From Monocercomonoides exilis PA203 (taxonomy: Eukaryota > Protista > Preaxostyla), in NCBI GenBank assembly GCA_001643675.2, contig LSRY02000028.1, positions 682,001-746,000 of the forward strand: 64,000 nucleotides of DNA, given 5' to 3'. How positions within the stretch are numbered: position 1 is the first letter of the stretch; each line of letters begins with the position of its first letter. Positions 1 through 11,411 of this stretch are shown here, piece after piece. Both the position numbers and the translations under genes were made by a program. The notes below the pieces were generated by a model that did not search any database, had not been told where the DNA came from, and was given only the letters and a program-made list of their open reading frames with translations.

Positions 1-3000
1 GCAACTTGTTATGCCTCTCGCTTAACAATCATTGCTAGTTGTTCATTACGAGATTCTTCGCTTGCTTCAGATTCAGCCTGTGAACTACTTGCGCGTATGT
101 TTACGACACCTGATCTCCAAGGATTGCCTCTCATTTCACTTGTTTGGAGTATCATGGCATCAATAGCAGAGGCAGATATTTTGCCTGATCTTTCTATGTG
201 CCGTGCAGGTGCAGCACCTCCATGGAAGATCTCTTCCACACCATTTGAGTCAACCAAAGCAAGCGTTCTGTCAGCAAGCATCGAGCCTCCAAAAACAGAA
301 AACACTTCTTCTTCTTCTTCTTCTTCTTCAGTACAATCATCTGCTTCGACTGAAGCAGCACCACTTTCATTTCAGAATAGCACTCTCTTCTCCTTTCGCT
401 GTCCAGCACAACACAGAACAATCATTTCGCTTACATTGCTATCGCGTCTGCTGAAGTACGCACCAGAAGAACCTCTCAAAAAGATTGCTGATCAAATCCT
501 CCCTCTGCTGATTTTCTGGGCAGACATCGCAAGAAATGCAAAGCAATCGAACGGACTCATTTCACAGTCCCTGCCGCCTTCTGCTTCGTCTTCATCCGCT
601 TCTGTTGCATATCTGACAGAAAAAGAAAGCTCAGCTGCGTCTTTGGAAGGAAGCGAGAACAATACTGAGAACTCATCTGCATCCATTAAGCTTCCCTCGT
701 TCTTTGCAGAACGTATTCCACCACCGAAGTTGTGCGAATTTCCGCCGTTTGAGTCGCCTTCGCTTTTCACGCCGTTCTGTGCAGATGCCACACTCAGAGT
801 GGAGCAGACAGACATCCCAACGGTGAATGGGATTCCGGTGCCTTTCATCATCACCCATCCGCCTTCGCTTGTCCGAAAGCTGCTGGCGAAGTGCATCGGG
901 CTCCTTTGCATCACGCTTCTTCCGCCTGCGTCGATAGAGTGGAGATATCAAAGCGGATGCCGCTCGCTTACAATTGATGTGGGAGATAATGACGATGACG
1001 GCGAAGAAGGCGAAACTGAAAAAGAAAAGCAAAAAGCAGAAGCAGAAGCAACTGCAAGCGAAAAATCAACAGAAGAAAAAGAACAAAACATTCAAAAGGA
1101 AGACGCCAAATGTTCAAAATGCGATTGTGGATGTGAAGAAGATGATTCATCTTCATCCTCATCTTCTTCTACTTCTGCCTCTTTTGGACGATCAGCAACA
1201 AATGCACCAGAATCTGCGGAAGAGTTTTTCGTTTCACATCCTCTTGTCTCTCATTCTTTGTGTTGTCTTCTTTCGTCTCTTTCTGATCCAGACACAATCG
1301 TTCGTGTCTGCGCTTCAAAGGCTGTTGGTCGAATTGTTTCACGTCTTCCTTCAAGCGAAGCGGCTGCTGTAATTGTCAAGTCTCTTTTGCTCCGTCTCGA
1401 TCCAAATTGCTTAGGCGAGCAGTCGAATCGTGAAGACGCATCAGATTCCTCGTTTTCAAGTGCTTCTTCCATATCATCTTCTTCATCATTTTATTCATCC
1501 TCATTATCTTCTTCTTCTCTAAGCTCTGTTAATTCGTCGCCAATAACCTCACAGAAGGAGGCACGGATGATGGCGCATTCAGCCCAGGGATGCTGCCTCT
1601 CTTTGGCACAGATCATCCAACGAGGCGCTCTTCTTCCTGACTTGTTGCATCCTCTTATATCAGCCCTTGTTGGCTGTCTCTTCTACGAGCAGCGCGTTTC
1701 GCAGTCGATTGTGGGAGTTGCTGTACGAGACGCTGCGTGCTTTGCCATCTGGGCAAGTGTCCGCATGTTCCAGCCGTCTCTTTTCTTGCAGTCGAGACGT
1801 GATCTTCTTTCAAAAGCAAAATCGTCCTCTTCAGCACACAAAAGCGAGGAGGACAATCGTATTAATGGGCTTGTGATGTCTTTGGCATCTGCTCTGGTGA
1901 AAGTGGCCCTGTTTGATGCGGATGTTGTGTGCCGAAGAACGGCTGCTGCTGCTCTACAGGAATGTGTTGGAAGGCTTGGCACAGTAAAAACAAAGATTCC
2001 TCGGGATGAGACAAGTGACTCCGAAGAGGAAGAAGAAGAAGAAGTGGAAGTTGTTCCAGAGGGGATTTCCTTGCTTCAGCTGATTGACTATTACAGTGTT
2101 GGGTCTGTTTCGTCGTCGTTTGTGAAGCTTGGTCATTCTGTCTGTCTTCTCAAAGTTTATCGAAATGATGTGGTTGAACATCTTGTGCTGAGGAGGCTGT
2201 CTCACTGGGACTCTTCAATTCGCGCGCTGGCAGCTCGTTCGTTGGGCACAGTCATCCATCTCTTGCCTTTTGAGAAGGAAAGAGAAGAAGAAGGAAAAGG
2301 AGAAGAGAAAGCTATCAAAGCGGCTTCATCAGGAAAGATTTGTGATGGAAATGGCTATTCGGTCGAAGAGGTGATGCTTGGCTTGTGTGCTGAGGCTCTG
2401 AATGGAGGTTGCAGCGGATGTGTTGATCTGTCAACACAAAGATTTGCAGCTACGCCTGTTGTTCAGGGTGCAGTTCTTGCGCTGAGCGAAGTGCTGATGG
2501 CGTTGGCAGCAGAAGAGAACGAGATGGAAGAAAAGAGCGAAGGAATGGATCAGTGTGACGATGAAAGCGAAGATAATGACGGGGCGTATTGGAGAGCTGC
2601 AATTCAACAGATGGAAGAAAAAAGACAATCAATGGACGACTCTTCACCAACAGATGCTTCAGAAAAGACACGAAAAGAGCTTGGAGCAGCATCGAAATCT
2701 GAGCAAAGTGCTTCCTCGAGTTCATCTGCTTCTTCTTGTTCTGAAGGCAACGTTTGTGGCGAGTCTTCACTTGAACTGGAGGAAGAGTTTCAGAATGGAG
2801 AAAACAAACTTTATGACCAACTGATGAGAGTCCAAGCATTCACTTCGTCGTCTTCATTTACATCTAAAGCGACTAAAAAGAAGACAGACACAACAGGATT
2901 GGATCTTATCCCTCTGATTGTCATTGAAAATTCAGAGCAGAATGCAACTGCACCATCTTCGTCTAATTCTCCGCTTCAGCGCCTGTTCTCATCACTCAAA

Positions 3001-6000
3001 TGGGATGAACTGAGAGTTATTCTCAATGGAAATAAAAAAGTGAGGCTTGCATCTCTTGTCACAGTAAATTCTGTTTGTGGAACTGAAGCAGCAGAAAAAC
3101 AAATGGAAGCAAAGCCAAAACAGGAAAAAGCAGAAGAAGCCACTTGCTCTTCTCTTTTGAGTGTGATTGCTGCCATTCCAATTGTCTTAGCACCTCTCTG
3201 CAAGCCTTCAACAGACGAGCTGAACACTCAACTGATTTGTGCTGTACTTCGATTGATCGCAGCCATCTGCCATGCGTCTTCAAGCTGCCCTGGATCTGCC
3301 CTGCCGCAGCAGCTTCTGGAGCTGTTTGGTCTGATTGTGCAGTCATTCCTCGCTGCATCGTTTGACTTTTTGTTCACCAAAACACGCTTTTGTGAATCGG
3401 CTTCATCATCTTTATCTCAAAGTACCGAAAAGAAGTCGAAAGTTTTGGTTGAACTGGAACGCAAACGAAAACAAACCCAGTTGCTCGCCTTCACCCAGAC
3501 AAACATGTGCATGGAGATCCAATTGCAAGCTGCGAAAGCGGTGCAAATGCTGCTTTTGTGCCAAACCAGCAGAGAAGGAAACGATGCTGGAACTTTATCT
3601 ATCACAGAAACTCTTTTGAAAATGCTTGCATCTGCTGAATTGCCTAAGCCGAGTGCTTCTTCATCGCAATCCTCGTCTTCATCTTCTTCTTTGGCTACCA
3701 AAATGAAGCAGCCACTGCAACAGCGTCTGTCTCTTTCATCGGCTGATCGGAGCTCTTCACTCAATCAAACAGCTCCTTCATTCAATTATGCACCAGTTCG
3801 TGGTGTTTGCTTGGCCATTCCTTATCTTCCTTTGGTAGACATTATGAAGTGTGCATTTAGCTCTGATTATGCATTGAATACAACTTGTGATCCTACGTCA
3901 GCAGAATCTGGATCTTCAAATGCTTCTTCAAGTGCATCTTCATCATCTTCTCTAACTCATTCTAGCATTCTCTTTTCAACATGGCTATTTCGCATTCTCC
4001 GCTCACTTGCTTTGTTATCCAAGGCTGATCCACTGAGCACTGGCGCAGCTGAGGACGATGCATTCACTCGATCGAGTGCCATCCAAGCAGTTGGCTCGAT
4101 CTTAACTCGAACTGCACTTCATTCATCAGATGGCTCTTTGTCTTCCACTTCACATGATTCTTCATCGTCTTCATCGAAACTGTCAACTGTTCAATTACCA
4201 CACCTTTCTCCGTTGTTGGTGAATGAGGCACTTGATTTCTTTGCACATGCATGTGCTGACTACACAAAAGTTAAAGGTGGAGATGTTGGTTCACTCGTGC
4301 GTCGAGCAGCCATCATTAGCATTGCCAAGTTCGCATCAGCGTTAGCTAATTGTATGTCTGCTTGTATTTTGTCCTATTAATTAATAATTCTTTGTTTATT
4401 TGCAAATATTAAATGAAAAATTGAACACTCTTTTTTAATATAGCATGCAAAGATTGCGTTGATGGTGTATTACTGTGCCGCGTTGTGAATCTGTTGGGAA
4501 GGCAGTGTGCTGAAACAATTGACAATGTTCGGACAACAGCTGGACCGCTTTTGGCAGATGTGATCATTCGGGGATATGACGTTATGAAAGCAAAGATTCA
4601 GAAAGATGGAATTGCACCTCAAGCTGAGAGTGGAGGAAATGGAATGATTGTTGAAAGCCAACAAATGAAAAGAGAGGAAGATAGTTTGAGACAAAGCCAA
4701 ACTGGATTAAGTTTTGAAGAGATAGGCAAGCTGCGGTTGCTCCTTTTGTGGCTGGCAAAACTGGAAAAGAATAATGAAGTTGAGAGTTTTGGAGGAAATT
4801 CAGAGAATGTTACTCAAGATGCATCAGAAGAAAAGGATGGAAAAACAGAAGATGGAAGAATTGGTGTTGGTGAAGAAGAAAATGATATTATTGAAGAAGA
4901 GGAAGAGGAAGAAGAGGACGAAGATGATGGGAAACAAAGAAAGCCCATTTCTTTGTGTAATTCTGACATTCCAAGTGAAGAAAGAGAACTTCGGAATTAT
5001 ATTTCGAATTGTCATTGGTGTGTTGCTCTTCTTTAAGTGAAATGTTTTTTTGTTGACTGATTATGTTCAAATTCTCTGTATTTCAAAAAAATTTTTTTCC
5101 AAAAATGTAACATTTGTTTTTGAAATTGTCTGGATGAATTAATTTGTTATTGATAATGAAACTTATAATTTGTGAATCATTTTCTATTTTTTATATTCTT
5201 TCATTTTTCAAAAATGTTCTTTTTTATTTCTTTGCTATCTTTTTTAACGATTCCTTTTTTGCATGAATTAACACTTTCAGGATCCGAATTGATTGGTCTC
5301 GCACTGAATACATCTTCCGATTTCTTGCTGGATTATTGGGCTTTGCACAGTGCAGAGAGGAGATATTGTGTGGACTGACAATGAGCGTTGGTAGCTCCTC
5401 AGCGCTTTCTGCTACGTCTTTATCAACCAGTCAGATTGCACTGAAGGAATGCATCGAAGAATCTTTGTTGCTTAACAGCAAGTGCTTCCCTCTTCGGCAG
5501 GATCTTCAAAAGAAAGCAGAGAAGAAAGGAACGTCAGTTTTCTCTTATGCTCATATTATCCGCCCAGTCTCTCCAACTGACCTTCTTGTTACCCTTCTCC
5601 ACCTTCTGAAGCAGCACAAGCCAAATGATAGAGTGTTCCTTCCGCTTTGTACAACATCAAACTTTATTCTGCTTCAGTTTGCTGCTGACACAGAGCATTT
5701 CAGCAGAAGCGAAAAAGAAGAAAGCAAAGAAAACCAGAAATACCCTGATGAATTCGAGGCGATTATTGATGAACTTTGCAAATTTTTCAATAGAGCACTT
5801 CTGAAAAGACAAAAGACTGCAGCTAATAAAAACGCATTGGATTCTGTGGCTGAGAAAGCACAGCAGGGAAGTGAAAAAGAGCTCAAATGTTCATCTGCTT
5901 TACCACCTTCTGCTTCTTCTTCACATTCTCAGTCTGATGGGAATGAGCAACCATTGTGGGGCAGTAATCCAAAGAGGGCAACAAGCATAGTGCCAATCCT

Positions 6001-6364
6001 TGGGCTTCTGTGCCACTTCAGAAAAACACAGAAGGAAGCATTGAGCTCTTTGGTTCAACTGCTGACACATCCATTCCCGCAGGTTAGGCGTCTTGCTGGG
6101 CAACAGGTGAATTTGCTGTTCAACATGATGCCTCTACTTGAAGAGCAAGAGAAAGGTGAGAAAAAAGAAGTCTGGGTGAATTCCGAAATACCAATGGGAA
6201 TTATTGAATGGTTTGGAACAATTAATATTAATTATAAAAATGTTGAATTACATAACTTTGATGTAATTTGTTGTTTTTGTAGGGATAAGCCTATTGGAGA
6301 TGCACATCTGAATGCTCAACAAAGCCTCAGAGCGTTGCTATCGCTTTCTGCATTCACTGGCTGA
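1..6364 (+). CDS. TBCD: Tubulin-specific chaperone D (beta-tubulin folding cofactor D), 5' end outside the window; exons ~1-4351, 4444-5017, 5281-6210, 6283-6364
   Basis: TBCD motifs appear in order: LSDPDTIVRVCASKAVGR, VGVAVRDAACFAIWA, ALFDADVVCRRTAAAALQECVGR, SHWDSSIRALAARSL, DYTKVKGGDVGSLVR, QCAETIDNVR, LLTHPFPQVR. GT-AG introns join the ORFs in frame, and the frame is open from base 1. Confidence 0.92.
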
Positions 6365-7113
6365 ATTTTACAATGAAAGCGTGCTTATATTTAATAAATA
6401 TACGATCGATCCTGTTCACTGTCATTGTGGAGTGATGAAAATCATTTATATAAAATCGAGCACATTCAATTACAGTTATATTTGCAAAATAAAGGTAATC
6501 TTTGTATTAACAGTGAGATTATTTATTAAGAAACACACATCAAAATAGCTTTTGAAAGCTTAAAATAAAGAATGAAATAAGTGTCACAAATTTACGGAAA
6601 TTGTTTAAAAAACTCACTGTGTAATCATATTTTGCTTTTCAAGTTGCAATTATCAATTGGTTTCAATTTTCCAGACAAAAGATAAGTTCTGAACGATGAA
6701 GCACCGCAATCAAAGTTCATTGAAGAAAAACAAAAACCATTTTACACTCATCATCATTTTCGGAAACAAAAAAGGATGTAAATAGTTAATTGAGCGGAAC
6801 TGCCCAAATATTCATTTCCAGTTTCTGATGGATTTTTATTTAAAATGTTTGAAATTAAGATTAAACAATGATTCAAAGAACAATAATATTTTTTTTGGAA
6901 TATTTCTTATGATTAGCGTATTTATAAAGTTTTTTTATAATTATCTTTATTTTTATTTTTCCCCCACTTTTGGGTGCATGAAAAATCTTCAATAAATTGT
7001 TGCAAAATACATTTTTTTTATAATATAAATGAGAAATGGAAATAAAAAACCACAAAATGCAAAATAAAATGACGTGAATATTTGAATTATCGATATTTAA
7101 CGAAATGACATTA

Positions 7114-8007
7114 TTAAGGAACAGCGTCACCCATTGAGTATATTGGTGGAAGGTTGCTCGATGATGAAGGGACAGCAGATGTTGTTGAGCTTGCAGGTGA
7201 AGTTGCAGGATTAGAAGTTTGCTGTTCAGAAGTGCCTTGAGACATCAATGAGAATGGAAATGAAAGCGAATTGTTCGATGATTGTCCAGCTTCTGGAGAA
7301 ATTCCCATCTGTTGATTCAGGGCATTTGTTGCGGCAGTCACAGTTGCTTGCGTCACAAGCTTTTTGAACGCTTGTTTTGGATCCTCTGATAAATGAAAAT
7401 ATTTTGAAAAAAAATGAAAAATAGTGAATGAGCAAACGCCTTGAACACTTTATGTAACCTAAAAGGTTTGTGCCAGCAAGCATTATCCCAGCAATGTCAA
7501 TTAACAACCATCCAAAGTTTAACTTGATAATGGCAACCAAAGCAAGAATACTCCAGACAGCAGGATAAATCCACAATGTTCCCCAAAAGAGAGTAGTTGA
7601 GAATTTTGGAACAAGCGAACGATCTCTTATAGTTTCAAAACGCCAAACACTTTGCCCATCTTCAAGAATGTCATTCCACCAACGATATCCAACAAGCATT
7701 CTCCCGCTGATATTTTTCACCATCCAAAAGTCACAAGCTAGCAGTAAAATTATTATGACAAAAGCTGTCACAAAGCCAAAATTCAGTATTCCAGCCAGTA
7801 TGTAAAGAACAATTGCCAATCCTTTTATGATTGAAATGATCATTAGATTTGAAAATGCATTAGAAAAAACAATAAGAAAAATTCAAGGAAATAAATATAG
7901 TGCGGTGTGAAATTTTCCGATTATGAAAATGATTTCGAACCTTTGAATGCAAATGTTAACGCCCAAACAATTGGATGGTGTTGTTGAACAAGAGGTGTAA
8001 AGTCCAT
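7114..8007 (-). CDS. TVP23: Golgi membrane protein TVP23/FAM18 (DUF846); exons 8007-7941, 7821-7438, 7385-7114
   Basis: Spliced product MDFTPLVQQHHPIVWALTFAFKGLAIVLY...LLACDFWMVKNISGRMLVGYRWWN...WRFE...NLLGYIKC carries the DFW.VKN..GR.LVG.RWW family signature. The 3' end is slightly uncertain. Confidence 0.9.
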
Positions 8008-8126
8008 GTTATCTGGAAAATAAAAAAGAATAATGCAATTCAAAAAATGATAATTGTTAATTTTCAGAATGAGAAATTATCGGTAAAAAACAAAATCAAA
8101 CAAATATGTTTTTCACTATTTTAAAT

Positions 8127-9949
8127 ATGGGCAAGATCAGAAAAATGAAAGTGAAATTTTCCCATTTAATGTTGGGGGGACTAGCCATAAGGCTGCTCCT
8201 AATCGCCTATGGAACTTGGCATGATGCGCATAGTATGAATTTTTAAATGTTAGTTGTAATTTAAAAAATGTTCACGTTTTGCAATTTTAGTGGATTTGAA
8301 ATACACTGATATTGATTACACTGTTCTAACCGAGGGAGCAAAATATGTAGCTGAAGGCCAATCACCTTTTTATAGATCAACATATCGATATTCTCCTCTT
8401 TAGTACGCTGTTTTGAATTGTTTATAAAAATTAAACATTTTTGTTTTGTCGAATATACCACAATAAAAAAGTGCTTACCTTGTTCTACCTAATTTATATG
8501 TGCATGAGGCTTTTGGTAAATTAGTGTTTTGCGCTTTTGATCTTCTGTGCGGATTTCTAATCTACAAAATTTTAAAAGATGATTTGCTTGAACTTCACTT
8601 GGATATGAAAAAAGTTCTAATTTACACCTCCACCTGGATTTTTAATCCAATTGTGATAAACATTTCAACACGTGGGAGCTCAGAATCTATTGTTGTTCTT
8701 TGCGTTCTTTTAACTCTCTATTTCTTTCTTCAACGAAAGCTCGTTCTTTCTGGCATATTGTTTGAAAGCTCTTTTTTTTTCTTTTCAAAAGGAATTTTCA
8801 TTAATTTTCTTTGGATAAATTAAAAAAATTTTTTTATTTCAATATAGCTATGGACTTGCCGTTCATGTGAAAATATATCCAGTGTTGTTCACACTTCCAT
8901 TTGTGCTCCGATTGGACAATGAATGGGTTGAGCGCGGTTTAAATAAAAAGAATGCTACAAATGCAAAGAAGCCAAAGGAACAAAAAAGACGAGGATTGTT
9001 CGGATGGATTGGATGGGTTTGAGTTTTTCTTTCTTTTTTTTTTTTATTGAAATTTGATATTTTTACCTTTTCAATAAACTTTCAGTTCTTCCACATTATG
9101 AAATATAGAATTCTTTTTGGATGTGTTGCGTTGTCAGTTTTTATAGCTATTTCTGGACTGTTTTTCTATATGTTTGGAAAAATCTTATTAATATTACTTT
9201 TTTCACAATTGAATTCAAATAACAATATTCAATAAAACATTTTACAATTTTTCACTCCGTTCTTATCAATTCTCTTTTCTCTTATTCGTTATTGTCTTTG
9301 CAGGTATGGCTTCCAATGTCTGTTTGAGCAGTTCCTTTACCACGCCACACGAACGGACGTGCGCCACAACTTCTCTCTCTTCTGGTACTATTTGTATCTG
9401 CGAGACAGCATGGATACTGTCAGCCCAATTGCAAGTGTTGGATTCTTCCTTCCTCAGCTCATTCTGTGGCTCTTCCTTTCAATTGCACTTTACAAGGAGC
9501 TTCCCTTGTGTCTTTTCGCAAATACACTCTGCTTTGTCATGCTGAATAAAGTCTGCACTGTTCAGGTTTGTATTTTAATTTGTCAATCTTTTTGATGTTT
9601 TGTTATAAATGTTGTATTCTTGCGATAACTTTGAAATGCATTTCTTTATTCTTAAAACATATTTTATTCTATTCTTTAGTATTTTGTCTGGTGGTTCAGT
9701 CTTCTTCCACTTGCTTTGCCATTTGCGCCTTCTGTCACGATGTTTTCATTTGGTGCAATTATTCTCGCATGGCTTCTTATTCAGGTTCTGTGGATTAGGC
9801 TTTCATATCAAATAGAGTTTTTGGGCAGAGCTGACTTCTTCCCGATGTTTCTCTCTTGCATTCTATTTTTCATCTCAAATTTAGTTATTTTATGCCTCTT
9901 CTTGTACAAGCCAAAATCACTTCAAAAGAAAGTTGAGAAAAAAGAGTAG
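8127..9949 (+). CDS. PIGM: GPI mannosyltransferase I (PIG-M/Gpi14), about 7 exons; true start may be the ATG at 8145
   Basis: Spliced motifs KYTDIDY (DxD), [47 protein letters not shown] and NKVCTVQYF; many hydrophobic segments. Confidence 0.93.
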
Positions 9950-10434
9950 CAAAGAATAACTTAGAACGCTGAGATTATTTTTAATTGACTTATTCAGCTT
10001 GTTTCCTCAAAGATAATTGTGAAAATATTCTTTGAAGAAACGAGAGAGCTCCACGGACAAAAACCGAGGTTCTTTAATTTATTCTCCTGTTCTTTGTTAA
10101 CCTCTCCAAATTTAAAGAACTTCTAAATGTTTTGTGGTTCGTTTTCTTTTTGAAATATTAATTTAGAAACAAAAGTCTAAAAAATAATTTCTTCGAACAA
10201 TTGTTGTTGCAGATATGCTCTAATAAAAAGAAGAACTTAATTGCCAAATCACAAAAAATAAGTACTTCTGAACGCAAAGTGAAATAAAAAACAAAAAATT
10301 ATTTAACACTAAATGTTCATACAACAAAACACAAAAAGAAAAGAAAATATTAAAACCTAAAAAATGAAAAATTATAATTACATTTAAAAATGTCACTAAA
10401 GTGAGTTGTTGAATTGATAAAATACGAACATTGA

Positions 10435-11352
10435 TCAAGCAAGATCATAATCAGACTCATAAAACAATGGAATTATCCTCTTTGGTTCTTTATTTCCTGT
10501 TTTATCATTCCGACTCATCTTTTGCTTTTGTTTGTTCTTTGAAGCCATCAATTCTTTGTCTCTTTCGTCTCCTTCTGGTGGTTCAAAGCCAGTCAATAGA
10601 AGTGATGTGTTCGTAAAGATATCTTCTGCCCGTCGTTGTGCATAGGCAGCTCCATTATAATGGTAAACAAACAGCATGATGCGTTGAATATCAGATAAAG
10701 GCATTTCACATTCTGAACGAATTGTTGTGCCACTGTAAAGGTGAAGTGAAAAACAATGAACTGAATTTGGTTTTAGATTGGAAAAAACATCAGGGGAATC
10801 TTCTCGAAACCAAGTATCATTTCCAATACGAAGATATTGTATTTGATCTGAAGTGGTGACAACTTTTTTGGATGGACGACAACACATCAAAGCGAAAATT
10901 GTTGATTTATGAAGAATCACAATTTGTCCATTTTCATGATTAAATTCAAATATATGGCTTCGAAGATCCGATGAAATAAATCTCTAAAATCTAATATATA
11001 CGTTTAAAAAAATATAAAAAGCAAACAAGAAGAACTGCGCCAATTATTATCATTGTAACAGCAGCCTAAAAAACATAATTACAAAAGGTTTTTCAATCGG
11101 AAAAGGATACTAATTATAAAAAAGCTTCATACAATAACAGCGAACCATCCAGCAAAATATGCAATGAATCCTGTCAGCGCAGCACCGAGAACAAGCATCA
11201 TAAATAAAAGGAGAATAAACAAAAAAGTTGAAGCTTTAACTGAAAAAAATGTTCAAAATTTTCTATCAAAAATATAATCTATTAATAATACCTCGAATGG
11301 TTAGACTTTCTTGCGGCCGTTGTGGTGTTGGCCGCAAAGAAGTTGATATCAT
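10435..11352 (-). CDS. Hypothetical membrane protein with two N-terminal hydrophobic segments and a soluble C-terminal part, 4 exons
   Basis: ATG at 11352 and three short GT-AG introns splice MISTSLRPTPQRPQESLTIR, VKASTFLFILLLFMMLVLGAALTGFIAYFAGWFAVI and AAVTMIIGAVLLVCFLYFFK in frame onto ORF 10435-10920. Confidence 0.6.
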
Positions 11353-11411
11353 TTGAAATTATCATGGTAAATTTGATCAATTATTCTGCATGATGGTATA
11401 GATCCGTTTAA

